This document shows positions 9,612-19,364 of a stretch of DNA of 64,000 nucleotides, piece by piece. Made by a program: the position numbers and the translations under genes. Every line of letters begins with the position of its first letter. Within the stretch, counting starts at the first letter, position 1. The notes under the pieces were generated by a model. The model did not search any database. It worked only from the letters and a program-made list of their open reading frames with translations, and was not told the origin of the DNA. Source of the stretch: an uncultured Prevotellaceae bacterium (GTDB taxonomy: Bacteria; Bacteroidota; Bacteroidia; Bacteroidales; UBA3663); the NCBI GenBank assembly GCA_900319235.1, contig ONNR01000001.1, positions 148,035 through 212,034 on the forward strand, read 5' to 3'.

Positions 9612-10817
9612 TTATAGGTGACAACACCTTCCCGTCTTCCGCATCCATTCGCAAGATGCGTCGTACGATGCCTTGTCAGCACATACCCAAAGGATTGGAG
9701 TATGCAGTTTCTTGTCACCTTTCTTCAAGACGTAGTTGCTGTTCATCGGAGGTGGTGCCTGTCCGTCAGTGAGGATAATTAATCCATCGTATTCATAAGG
9801 TTTCTCCATGATGAAGTCGAACAATGGCTGATAACTGGTACCTCCACGACCCTTCACTTGCACCGTCTTGTTGGCACGATGCATCGGTTCAATAGGCCCT
9901 AATTCGGCATCAAACTGACAAACGTCGATTTGTATGACACCATATCGGAATATGCGATTGATCGAACTATAAAAATCTTCGAGCATCGCTTCGGTAATGC
10001 TGCCACTTGTATCTATGGCAACAAGAAGATGTGTGTCAAATTGGTGTGTACTACCCAATTGCAGAAATTCTGTTCTGCGATTGGGACGCATTCTCGTCAG
10101 ATGTCTTCGGCTTCTTACGATGGTGCTATGGAAACCTTCCCAGATATATCTGTTGTTGATTCTTGCTTTGGTACTTGCCTTGATGATTTCTACAATTTCT
10201 CCGGGCAGGCTGCCCCAATCAGTCGTTCTATTTATCAGGTCGTTAATGCGCTGACGTTGAAGTTCGTCCTCTCGCCAAAGTTGAGATTTATCCCTGTCTT
10301 CGGGGTGGTCAAAGAGGGAGGTTTTAGGAGGGGTCGGAGTATTCGGAGTACTCTGAGTATTCCGATTATTCCGATCATTCTGATCCTTCCGCTCCTCATC
10401 CTGCTTCTGTTGCTGGATTTGCTTGGCGTACCATTCGAAATATTGACCGAGAGGCAGGTGGTAAAAGGCAGGATCGTGAACGGGAAGTTTGTCTTTGTGA
10501 AGCATGCAATATCCATCACCGATGGTAATGTCCGAGCCTATTGAAATGGCTTCCTTGCTGCATCCTTCGGGCTGACGTTCGTAGGGATGTTTCAGAAATA
10601 GACGGATCATCTCGACACGCATCAGTTGCTCCACTTCGGCATAGTTCTTTTTCGAAAGCAGGAGCGGATTGTATTCTATCCTTCCTTGACCGCAACGTAT
10701 TGCACACTCCATTCGAACATTCTCCTCCAATTGCTGTTGGCAAAGGAGTGAGAAGAATGCTGGTTCTTGAAGGAACCAGTTCTCGCTTAGAAGTTTGAGT
10801 GTGTCAATAGTGTTCAT
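9612..10817 (-). CDS. DUF2201-type metallopeptidase-like + vWA domain protein
   Basis: C-terminal DTSGS MIDAS, GRGGT, ILTDG, RPNRR. N-terminal region has VEMIRLFLKH where HExxH is expected. Start placed at MNTIDT. Confidence 0.85.
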   Translation of the reverse strand: MNTIDTLKLLSENWFLQEPAFFSLLCQQQLEENVRMECAIRCGQGRIEYNPLLLSKKNYAEVEQLMRVEMIRLFLKHPYERQPEGCSKEAISIGSDITIGDGYCMLHKDKLPVHDPAFYHLPLGQYFEWYAKQIQQQKQDEERKDQNDRNNRNTQSTPNTPTPPKTSLFDHPEDRDKSQLWREDELQRQRINDLINRTTDWGSLPGEIVEIIKASTKARINNRYIWEGFHSTIVRSRRHLTRMRPNRRTEFLQLGSTHQFDTHLLVAIDTSGSITEAMLEDFYSSINRIFRYGVIQIDVCQFDAELGPIEPMHRANKTVQVKGRGGTSYQPLFDFIMEKPYEYDGLIILTDGQAPPPMNSNYVLKKGDKKLHTPILWVCADKASYDASCEWMRKTGRCCHL

Positions 10818-10846
10818 TGCAAAATGTTTATTCCCATTCAAACCAA

Positions 10847-10971
10847 GACCCCCTCTAGTTCCCCTGCCTAGGTATTCTGCCCCCGCTGTTCGGGGGATAG
10901 AGGGGGTGTGGCCAGAAGAATTTAAACCGAACAAGCAAGTCCTCCCCCTAGGCAGGGGGAACGAGAGGGTC
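10847..10971. repeat. GC-rich palindromic REP/MITE-like element
   Basis: Terminal imperfect IR gaccccctctagttcccctgcctagg / cctaggcagggggaacgagagggtc, plus internal accccctcta / tagagggggt. Confidence 0.7.
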
Positions 10972-12122
10972 TACAGGCTTGCGATGAAGTCAGTCAGTTT
11001 CTGATATATCTCGGGGCAGAAAGTTGAGATGAAAAGGATTGCTTCCTGATAACTGCCACTCTCGAACAGATTGGCCAGATGGGCAATCGCTTCCTTTTGC
11101 TCCATATTCTCGAGGAGTTGGTAGTAACGCTGCAGATTGCTGGCATAACGCTGCAATTGAACGACTTCCATCGACGAATTGTCTTCCTTCGAAACTGTGG
11201 AATAGGCCAACAGTTTTGAAGCGTCGGGATATGTGACTTCGAGGTGCTGGAAGATGCTTTCGTTGATGATGGCCAACTGATGCAGACGATAACTGCGAAG
11301 TTTGGCCTCACAGGCATCGCAATCATTCAATACTTGTGCTCCTGTCAGCATCTGGTTGCCTTGGGTGAATGCAAAGAATCGACTTGCAGCTTGTGCGCCG
11401 ACAATGCCGGCAATCATATCCAGGTCATCCTCTCCAATGTTACGTCTCGGACGAATTGACCCATCGGGACCACTCTCTTGCAGCACGTCGCTCACACGTC
11501 GCCAGGCACGACGATCGGGGTATTTCTCAAGTCCCGTATCTTCACCTTCCTTCCATTCGGGAACGCTGTCGAGCAACGTGGGTTCGTTCGAGATAAAATC
11601 GATAACGCGCTGATCCAGATGCTTCTGTTGTGCCCAAAGCAGCCATTCCTGCACGGTAGGGCAGAACTGATATACATTGAAACGACTCACCAACGATGGA
11701 TCGAGGTGCGTGAGCTGGTATTCGTCTCCTTCGTTGACTGCCGAGATGATGCGGCTCCCTTTTGGCAACTCGTGTCCGGCCAATCGGCGATTGAGAGCAA
11801 GGTCCATCACTGTCTGCAGGATTTCCGGGCGTGCTCGATTCAATTCGTCAAGAAACAGGACGATTGGTTTGCCATCAATAGGAAACCAATATGGCGGCAG
11901 GAAGGCCGTTCGCTCGCCCGTCTTGGTGGGAAGACCAATCAAGTCGCCGGGGTCAGACATCTGTCCCAGGAAAAGCGGAACGACCCTCATACCTTTCTGT
12001 TGGTAATATTCGGTCAGTATTTCCGACTTGCCAATACCATGACGCCCCACCAGCATAATGTTATGCGTGGCGGGGGTCACTTCAAGGATATGCAGTAATT
12101 TTCTTGTATCGATTGTTATCAT
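10971..12122 (-). CDS. MoxR/dynein-related AAA+ ATPase
   Basis: Walker A GRHGIGKS, Walker B LFLDELNRA, SAVN sensor, SRF arginine finger. Start placed at MITIDT. Confidence 0.9.
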   Translation of the reverse strand: MITIDTRKLLHILEVTPATHNIMLVGRHGIGKSEILTEYYQQKGMRVVPLFLGQMSDPGDLIGLPTKTGERTAFLPPYWFPIDGKPIVLFLDELNRARPEILQTVMDLALNRRLAGHELPKGSRIISAVNEGDEYQLTHLDPSLVSRFNVYQFCPTVQEWLLWAQQKHLDQRVIDFISNEPTLLDSVPEWKEGEDTGLEKYPDRRAWRRVSDVLQESGPDGSIRPRRNIGEDDLDMIAGIVGAQAASRFFAFTQGNQMLTGAQVLNDCDACEAKLRSYRLHQLAIINESIFQHLEVTYPDASKLLAYSTVSKEDNSSMEVVQLQRYASNLQRYYQLLENMEQKEAIAHLANLFESGSYQEAILFISTFCPEIYQKLTDFIASL

Positions 12123-12134
12123 ATTAAGAACTTT

Positions 12135-12213
12135 TCGCTCCGAGCTCTGCTCGCGCACACAGAATGAAGCAACCTTTCTTAACCTTTCGAACCTATCTAA
12201 CCTTTCTTAACTC
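12135..12213. repeat. REP-like 22-mer with 9-bp tandem tail, copy 1
   Basis: TCGCTCCGAGCTCTGCTCGCGC-N9-GAAGCAACCTTTC followed by 9-bp units. Identical 22-mer in reverse orientation at 29649-29670. Confidence 0.85.
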
Positions 12214-14427
12214 TTACTTCTTGAGCCACTTGTCGAGCCAGTTGAAGTAAACGCGCTGCCAAAGTACGGCATTCTGCGGATGGAGTACCCAGTGGCTCTC
12301 GTTGGGGAAGTAAAGGAACTCGGCAGGAATTCCACGCATACGGGCAAGGTTGAAGGCTTGCATACCTTGTGTTACGGGAATGCGGTAGTCATGCTCGTTG
12401 TGGATCACGAGGATTGGAGTGTCCCATTTCGTAATCGACTTGTGTGGAGAATCGGTATAGCAGGCATTCACTCCACCATTGCCGCGTTTGGGTGTATGGC
12501 AAAGACCTTCCTGCAATCCGGTTTGTCCGAAGTATGATCCGCCGTAATCCCAATCGGCAAACCACATCTCTTCGGTCTCACCGTACATCGACTCGCAGTT
12601 GAAGATGCCGCAATGTGCAATGAAGCACTTGAAGCGCTTCTGATGATGTCCTGCAAGCCAATAGACAGAATATCCACCGAACGAAGCACCTACGGCACCG
12701 AGACGATCGGTGTCGCACCACGATTCGGTCTTTGCAATATTGTCGATGGCTGTGAAATAGTCACGCATGCACTGACCTGCAAAATCGCCAGCAATCTGCT
12801 CGTTGAACTTCTGTCCGAAGCCAGGAACGCCATGACGATTGGGCAGCACGATGGCATATCCATTGGCCTGCATGATGGCAATGTTCCAGCGAGTGCTCCA
12901 GAACTGGCTCACAGCACTTTCGGGGCCTCCTTGGCAATAGAGGATGGTAGGAACTTTGAGTTTGGGGTCTTTGGCAATGGCCTCGTCGAAGCCTGCAGGA
13001 TAAGCAATCCATACGAGCATCGAGTCGCCATTGGTGCACTTCATCCAACGTTTCTCAATGCGTCCCATGTCGCCAAGTTGAGCAAGAAGGGCATCGTTCT
13101 CGTGAGTGAGCTGAATGGCAACACCTTCCTTCAACAGGAAGATTTCGTTGGGCTGATGCCAGTCGTGACGCAGCGTGAGCAGCTTGTCACCTACATAAGC
13201 CACAGCGCCGAAGTCGTGGTCCGAATTGTCGCTGATGCGACATACTTCACCATCGAGATTTACATTGAACACTTGTGCTGTGCCATAACTGTAACTTACG
13301 AAGGTCAAGGTCTTGCCATCGGGAGCCCAGACATATGCTTCACAGTTGTTGTCGTAATTTGCAGTAAGGTCCTTGAACTTACCTGCATAATCGTTCACCT
13401 TGGCCCAGTCGCCATCATTGCCCATCGGGAAACCATCGAGGTTCATCACCAAAAGAGCGTTCTTGTCACTCTCATAGCCATTGCGTGCCATTGCCTGGAA
13501 GGCGAGGAGTTTGCCATCGGGTGAGAAGGTTGGACAAGTGTCGTAGCCATGATCGCCGGGATGCAGGTCGAAGGTCTGACCAGTGACAATGTCGTAAAGA
13601 TAGAGCGACGAACGTGTTGAGAAGGCATATCGTGTGCCTACTTCCTTACGTGTGGCATAGACGATCTGCGTTCCCTGGGGATTCCAGGCAAAGCTCTCGA
13701 TGCCACCGAAAGGACGCATCGGGCATTCGTATTGTTCGCCTTCCATGATGTCAATCATTGCTTCCTTGCGCAAGCCATTCTCGTCGAAAGGTGCAATGAA
13801 AGGATGTGGGCAGTTGTTCACGAAGTCGTCCCAATGACGATAGTTCATATCGTCCCAAAGACGTCCCGTTGTCTTGTCGAGGCCTTCGAACAAGGTCGAG
13901 TCAATGCGTGGAATGTCGAGTGGAAGAATCACGAGCACTTGGTCCTGGTTGGGACTGAGCACAAAGCCTTCGATGTCCTTGTCAAGGTCCGAAATCTGCT
14001 TGCGTGCTGTGCCATCGGCGTTCATTTGCCACATCTGCATCGAGCCGCTCTCGCTGCTCAGGAAGTAGATCTTCGAGCCATCCTTGCTCCACACGGCGTT
14101 CTGTTCCGACTTGGCAGTGTGGGTGATCTGCACGGGTTCGGCATTTTCCTTGGTTACGTCGAGTACAAAGAGTTCGCGGTTCGACTTGTCCTCCTTCACG
14201 CTGGTATAACCTACGCCGTAGAGCACCTTGGTACCATCGGGTGAAGCCTGCAAATCGCTGATCTTGCCGAGTTCCTGCAGGAGTTCGGGAGTCATCCGAT
14301 TGGCTACAATCTCAGTCTTGCCGACGATGGGACCGTTGTCCGACTGAGTCTCTTTGTTCGTGTTGCACGAAGTTGCCATTGCAATGGTTGCAACTGCTGT
14401 CATGATGAAAAGATTTTGCTTGTTCAT
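12214..14427 (-). CDS. S9 family peptidase (dipeptidyl-peptidase 5-like), lipoprotein
   Basis: Lipobox ATSC, PD40-like propeller repeats, GASFGG nucleophile, HDYR and ESHW triad motifs. Confidence 0.92.
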   Translation of the reverse strand: MNKQNLFIMTAVATIAMATSCNTNKETQSDNGPIVGKTEIVANRMTPELLQELGKISDLQASPDGTKVLYGVGYTSVKEDKSNRELFVLDVTKENAEPVQITHTAKSEQNAVWSKDGSKIYFLSSESGSMQMWQMNADGTARKQISDLDKDIEGFVLSPNQDQVLVILPLDIPRIDSTLFEGLDKTTGRLWDDMNYRHWDDFVNNCPHPFIAPFDENGLRKEAMIDIMEGEQYECPMRPFGGIESFAWNPQGTQIVYATRKEVGTRYAFSTRSSLYLYDIVTGQTFDLHPGDHGYDTCPTFSPDGKLLAFQAMARNGYESDKNALLVMNLDGFPMGNDGDWAKVNDYAGKFKDLTANYDNNCEAYVWAPDGKTLTFVSYSYGTAQVFNVNLDGEVCRISDNSDHDFGAVAYVGDKLLTLRHDWHQPNEIFLLKEGVAIQLTHENDALLAQLGDMGRIEKRWMKCTNGDSMLVWIAYPAGFDEAIAKDPKLKVPTILYCQGGPESAVSQFWSTRWNIAIMQANGYAIVLPNRHGVPGFGQKFNEQIAGDFAGQCMRDYFTAIDNIAKTESWCDTDRLGAVGASFGGYSVYWLAGHHQKRFKCFIAHCGIFNCESMYGETEEMWFADWDYGGSYFGQTGLQEGLCHTPKRGNGGVNACYTDSPHKSITKWDTPILVIHNEHDYRIPVTQGMQAFNLARMRGIPAEFLYFPNESHWVLHPQNAVLWQRVYFNWLDKWLKK

Positions 14428-14460
14428 ATTTTATAAATTTATGTATCGTGCGAAAGGAAT

Positions 14461-16647
14461 TTATTTGAATCGTGCGATGATTTCAAGGATTTCTTTGCCG
14501 AATGCCTCGAGGGTGCGTTTTCCGATGCCTGGCATTGCGAGCAGTTCCTTCTCGTTGCCCGGCATATTGTTGGTGAGCGCCAGAATCGTCAGGTTGTTCA
14601 TGATGGTGTATTGCGGCAACTTGAGCTGATAGGCTTTCTTTATGCGCCATTCGCGCAGGGCATCGTAGAGTTTCGGGTTCAGGATGTCGTCGCTGGCGGC
14701 TATCTTGACCTTCTCGGGGGCCTTGTTCTTTTTCTCTTTTGGTGCCTTCTTCTTCGAAGTCTTTGGGGCATCGAGGTTCATCGAAGCCAATGCCTTGGCA
14801 TTCCAATAGACGTCGAGGCTGAAACCTCCCAGGCATTTCGAGAAGATCTGAACCTTCAGGTTGTAATCGTTCTGAAGCAACTCGTATTCCCTGCCGATCT
14901 GTTCCTCGGTCGTCTTGTTGTCGATGTCGGGAAGTCCGTCATCCACAAGGTCATGCATTAATTCTACCGTGCGATTCAGGAACCACGCAAAGCCCTTGTT
15001 CAGACGTTCTTGCAAGGCTTTGTTGTCGTCGAAGTTCTCGGTGAGGGGCATCATCTGGTGAATCACACCCTGGAATATTTTACCTACTTGAAGCGGGCTT
15101 TCCTTCTTCTGCGCATCGCTCACACCTTCCAGTTCGTCGCGTATCGAGCGGAGTTTTCTCACGTAGTTCGGATAAGCCTTGTAGAGATGTTCTTCGGCCA
15201 GACGAAGCAGGTAGTTGAGTCGTGTGAGAAGTTGATTGTAGTCGAAGATGCGGAACAAGATATCTTCCACACATTGCCTTCGGTCGTCAATCAGTTGCTT
15301 TGCCGTAGGCTGGTTGCTGTCCACAAACTGGTTGAATGCCATCACCTGCGGATCCACGGTAATGGCACTCGATGGGATTTGTCGGCTCAGCACCATTCCT
15401 TCGAGCGTTCGGCAACGCGACAAGGCTACATATACTTGTCCGGGGCTGAATGCGCGGTCGGCCTGGATGATGGCATGGTCGAAGGTCAGGCCCTGGCTCT
15501 TGTGAATAGTGATGGCCCAGGCAGTCTTCAACGGTATCTGCTGGAAGACGCCGACCACTTCTTCGGTAATTGTGCCGGTCTTCGGGTTGGTCGAATATTT
15601 CGTGTTCGTCCATTCCTGTTTGGTCACCTCTATCACCTTGTAGTCATCGTCCGAAGCATCTGCATTGGGGTCCATCGAGTCGGGACCGCATTCTACAAAG
15701 ACACGTTCGGCATCGCATTTCACCACGCGTCCGATTTTGCCATTGTAATACTGATGGTTCGAGTCGTTCTTGCAGAACATCACCTGTGCACCGATCTTCA
15801 ATGTCAGTTCGACGTCGGTGGGATACGACATTTCCGGGAACTCGCCTTCGATAGCCGCTTTATACTGAATAGGCTGGGTCGGCAGCTGCATCATTCGCAT
15901 CGTGTTGATGTCGGCAGCCTGGTAGTTGTGGGTCGTCAGGGTGATGTATCCCTCCTCGTCCTTTGGCTGGAAATTCGGGATGACACGCGCATTGAGTGTC
16001 GCTAATGTTTCGCGAGTCAACCTGTTGTCACGCACCTGATTAAGTAGATCCACGAAGTCCTGGTCGGCTTGACGAAATACCTGCTTCAGTTCGATGGTCG
16101 TGTAGTTGGTCTGCCTAAGTGCCTGGCTTCCGAAGAAGTAGGGCGAAGTGTAGCCGTTCTCCTTCAGAATCTGCCATTCGTCTTCCTTTGCCACGGGGGC
16201 AAGTTGCTGCAGGTCGCCGATCATCAGCAACTGCACGCCTCCGAAAGGCACATATCGGTTCTGATAGCGTCTCAGCACTTCGTCGATGGCGTCAAGCAGG
16301 TCACAGCGAACCATCGAAATCTCGTCGATGACGAGCAGGTCGAGTGTGCGAAGGATGTTGATCTTGTGCTTCGAATAGGAGTATTTCGATTTCTTTTCGC
16401 GTCCGGCTATATCCTTTCCTGGCAGGTAAAGACCAGGCGCCAGCTGGAAGAATGAGTGTATGGTCACTCCTCCTGCATTGATGGCTGCTACACCCGTCGG
16501 TGCCAGGATGATCATTCGCTTTTTGGTCATCTTTTGCAACCTGCGCAGAAACGTGGTCTTCCCCGTTCCGGCTTTGCCTGTGAGGAAGATGTTTCGGTGG
16601 GTGTATTGGGCGTAATTATACGCCATTTCCAGTTCCTGGTTTTCCAT
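14461..16647 (-). CDS. Pif1/RecD-like SF1B helicase with C-terminal HRDC domain
   Basis: TGKAGTGKT, APTGVAA, IDEISM, GDLQQL, TIHKSQG, YVALSR; LYDALREWR...GIGK HRDC. Confidence 0.92.
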   Translation of the reverse strand: MENQELEMAYNYAQYTHRNIFLTGKAGTGKTTFLRRLQKMTKKRMIILAPTGVAAINAGGVTIHSFFQLAPGLYLPGKDIAGREKKSKYSYSKHKINILRTLDLLVIDEISMVRCDLLDAIDEVLRRYQNRYVPFGGVQLLMIGDLQQLAPVAKEDEWQILKENGYTSPYFFGSQALRQTNYTTIELKQVFRQADQDFVDLLNQVRDNRLTRETLATLNARVIPNFQPKDEEGYITLTTHNYQAADINTMRMMQLPTQPIQYKAAIEGEFPEMSYPTDVELTLKIGAQVMFCKNDSNHQYYNGKIGRVVKCDAERVFVECGPDSMDPNADASDDDYKVIEVTKQEWTNTKYSTNPKTGTITEEVVGVFQQIPLKTAWAITIHKSQGLTFDHAIIQADRAFSPGQVYVALSRCRTLEGMVLSRQIPSSAITVDPQVMAFNQFVDSNQPTAKQLIDDRRQCVEDILFRIFDYNQLLTRLNYLLRLAEEHLYKAYPNYVRKLRSIRDELEGVSDAQKKESPLQVGKIFQGVIHQMMPLTENFDDNKALQERLNKGFAWFLNRTVELMHDLVDDGLPDIDNKTTEEQIGREYELLQNDYNLKVQIFSKCLGGFSLDVYWNAKALASMNLDAPKTSKKKAPKEKKNKAPEKVKIAASDDILNPKLYDALREWRIKKAYQLKLPQYTIMNNLTILALTNNMPGNEKELLAMPGIGKRTLEAFGKEILEIIARFK

Positions 16648-16663
16648 GTCAACAACAGATTCC

Positions 16664-16727
16664 CAATTGTTTAATTTTTAATTATCAACCAATAATTGTT
16701 AATTGTTAATTATTAATTGTTAATTGG
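16664..16727. repeat. 7-bp AT-rich tandem repeat (TAATTGT)
   Basis: aattgtt aattgtt aattatt aattgtt; same unit at 5083-5113 and reversed at 59539-59560. Confidence 0.7.
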
Positions 16728-16728
16728 T

Positions 16729-17817
16729 TCAAATCCCCATCAGGTCACGATAGATGTCGAGGGTGGCGCCAATCTGTTCCTTGTTGGCTGTGTAGTTCAG
16801 GGCAGGGTCGCCCACGTTGCGCATCAGGGTGAAGTTGATCTCTTCGCCCTCGTTTTTCTTGTCGTGTGTCATGAGTTCGTAGAGGGCAGGATAGTCGTCG
16901 CAAGTGATGCGAAGGGGGCCATAGTTCTCCTTCACGAAGTTCGCAATGTCGTAGAGTGTTTGCGAAGGGAATGCCACCTGCTGATGGCTCATGATCAGTT
17001 CGCAGACCAGTCCCCAGGCGATGGCGTAGCCATGCAGCACGGGATGACCGTTGCGCATGCACCATGTCTCGAAGGCATGGCCGAAGGTGTGGCCCAGGTT
17101 GAGGGCCTTGCGCAGACCTTTCTCGTAAGGATCCTGTCGCACCACCTGCTGCTTGATTTGCACGCTGGCTTGAAGCAGGGGGAGGAGCGTCTCGGTATCC
17201 CAATGTTCGATGTCGTAGTCGAGCAGGTCGTTGAGGTTCTGCTTGTCACTCAGCAGTCCGTGTTTCAGCATTTCGGCATAACCCGAGAGCAGATTCACGT
17301 GGTCGAGTGTCTCGAAGAACTTGGTCGAGATCAGAACTGCATCGGCGGGTGCAAAGGCACCTACCTCATTTTTCAGCGAACCCAGGTTCACACCCGTCTT
17401 GCCACCCACGGCAGCATCGACGGCACCCAGTAGGGTAGTGGCGACGTTGATGAACTTGATGCCACGCTTGAATGTCGCTGCGGCAAATCCGCCAAGGTCG
17501 GTGACCATACCGCCTCCCACATTGATGAGGAGGGAATGACGCGAGGCATGTCGGTCCGAAAGGGCCTGCCATACTTCGGTCAGCGTCTCGATGGTCTTTG
17601 CCTGGTCGGTATGCTCGATGAAGAGGGTTTCGATTTTCTGATTCGGATGTGCCATGTCATATTCGTTCATGAACGGTGTAATGACAGGCAGACAGTAGTG
17701 TAGCGTCTCCGTATCGAAGAGGATGAAGAGACGGTCGTGAAGTATCTTTGAAGTAAAGGTCTTCAATGCTTCACATATATCGTTTGTAAAAAGAACTTGC
17801 TGTTCCATAATATTCAT
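16729..17817 (-). CDS. aroB: 3-dehydroquinate synthase
   Basis: GGGMVTDLGGF, TTLLGAVDAAVGGKTG, LNLGHTFGHA, HGYA. Confidence 0.96.
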   Translation of the reverse strand: MNIMEQQVLFTNDICEALKTFTSKILHDRLFILFDTETLHYCLPVITPFMNEYDMAHPNQKIETLFIEHTDQAKTIETLTEVWQALSDRHASRHSLLINVGGGMVTDLGGFAAATFKRGIKFINVATTLLGAVDAAVGGKTGVNLGSLKNEVGAFAPADAVLISTKFFETLDHVNLLSGYAEMLKHGLLSDKQNLNDLLDYDIEHWDTETLLPLLQASVQIKQQVVRQDPYEKGLRKALNLGHTFGHAFETWCMRNGHPVLHGYAIAWGLVCELIMSHQQVAFPSQTLYDIANFVKENYGPLRITCDDYPALYELMTHDKKNEGEEINFTLMRNVGDPALNYTANKEQIGATLDIYRDLMGI

Positions 17818-19340
17818 TAATATAGGATTCCTATCTCCTTTGCCTTCGCATCAAGGTAAGCCAGGGCGGCTTCGCGGGTATTCTCGCATTCTCCGTCGAG
17901 GATGGCGTTCTTTTGTGCTTCGCGGAGGATACCCACTTCCTTCGAAGGTTGCAGGTGATAGCGTTCCATGATTTCGTTGCCGTCGATGGGCGGCGTCCAG
18001 TTGCGGTAGTCGTCCTTTTCTTGTATTTCCTGCATCTTCTGTCTCACAACCTTGAAGTTATCGAGGAATCTTTTGACCTTCTCGGGTATCTTCGAGGTGA
18101 TGTCGGCTTCGCAGAGCAGCATCAGGTCGTCGGTGTCTTCACCGGCTTCGAACATCACACGTCGGATGGCCGAGTCGGTGATGCCTTCGTCGGCAAGATG
18201 GATAGGACGCATATGCAGACCGACGAGTTTCTGCACATATTTCATTTCGGCACCGAGGGGCAGTTTCAGTCGACGCATGATGGGCAGCACCATACGCTGT
18301 CCGATGAAGTCGTGGTTGTGGAAGGTCCATCCCAGCTTCTCGTCGTAGAGCTTGGCTTTCGATTTCCCCAGGTCGTGGAAGATGGCAGCCCAATGCAGCC
18401 AAAGGTTGGGCTTCCTGTCCTGTTCGCGTTCCATGCGGCATACGTTGTCGAGCACGGTGATTGTGTGCAGGAAGTTGTCCTTGTGTCCGCGTCCTTCGCG
18501 GCTTTCGATGCCTGCCAGGGCCGAAAGTTCGGGGAAGATGATCTGCAGGAGTCCGCACTTCTGCAGCAGATACCAGCCTTTCGAAGGCTTTTCGCACATC
18601 TGTATCTTGTTCAGTTCCTCGATGATGCGTTCGCCCGAAATGATCTTGATACGTTCGCGGTTGCGGGCAATGGCTTCGAACGTCTCGGACACTATCTTGA
18701 AGTCGAAACGGCACGCAAAGCGTATGGCTCGAAGCATACGCAGCGGGTCGTCCGAAAAGGTGATGTCGGGATCGAGAGGCGTGCGGCAAAGCCCTTCCTT
18801 GAGGTCATCCAGGCCATTGAAGGGGTCAATCAGTTCGCCATAGCGCTCGGCATTGAGGCAGATGGCAAGGTCGTTGATCGTCAGGTCGCGACGGTTCTGG
18901 TCGTCCTGCAGGGTGCCGTCTTCCACGACGGGCTTGCGGCTGTCGGTGCGATACGATTCCTTTCGTGCACCCACGAATTCGACGTTCATCAGTTCCTTGA
19001 TTTCGCCCATCTTGAAGTCCTTTTCGGTGTGCTTCACCTGTGCCGTGCCAAAGTTGCGGAACGTGCTCAGGTGTGTATGCTTTCTGCCCAGTCGCTTGGT
19101 CAGGTGTTCTGCCAGTTCGATGCCGCTTCCCACCGTCACGCAGTCGATGTCCTTCGATTCAATTCCGAGGAAGATGTCACGCACAAAGCCACCGATCACG
19201 TAGCATTCACGTCCCAGCCGGTCGGCTTCTTGCCCGATGACCCTGAAGATGCTGATATGCTTGCGGTCGATGTCTCGCACCTCGTACTCCTTCTTGTCAA
19301 GATACGAGATCAGTGTATCGCGTGTCTGTTCAATAAACAT
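17817..19340 (-). CDS. cca: CCA tRNA nucleotidyltransferase with HD domain
   Basis: GGFVRD, DID, RRDLTIN, DDPLRMLRAIRF, FHDLGK. Confidence 0.9.
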   Translation of the reverse strand: MFIEQTRDTLISYLDKKEYEVRDIDRKHISIFRVIGQEADRLGRECYVIGGFVRDIFLGIESKDIDCVTVGSGIELAEHLTKRLGRKHTHLSTFRNFGTAQVKHTEKDFKMGEIKELMNVEFVGARKESYRTDSRKPVVEDGTLQDDQNRRDLTINDLAICLNAERYGELIDPFNGLDDLKEGLCRTPLDPDITFSDDPLRMLRAIRFACRFDFKIVSETFEAIARNRERIKIISGERIIEELNKIQMCEKPSKGWYLLQKCGLLQIIFPELSALAGIESREGRGHKDNFLHTITVLDNVCRMEREQDRKPNLWLHWAAIFHDLGKSKAKLYDEKLGWTFHNHDFIGQRMVLPIMRRLKLPLGAEMKYVQKLVGLHMRPIHLADEGITDSAIRRVMFEAGEDTDDLMLLCEADITSKIPEKVKRFLDNFKVVRQKMQEIQEKDDYRNWTPPIDGNEIMERYHLQPSKEVGILREAQKNAILDGECENTREAALAYLDAKAKEIGILY

Positions 19341-19364
19341 TTCTTTTGTTGCTGTTTAACGCAG

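Noticed and set aside
10818..10934. N-terminal extension of the vWA ORF in the ORF track
   Set aside because: It reads through the palindromic intergenic element; ATG at 10817 is the more plausible start.
14461..16647. Helicase as a defence or mobile-element gene
   Set aside because: Pif1-like plus HRDC helicases are common Bacteroidales chromosomal genes, and this one lies in a housekeeping run with no nuclease or integrase partner.
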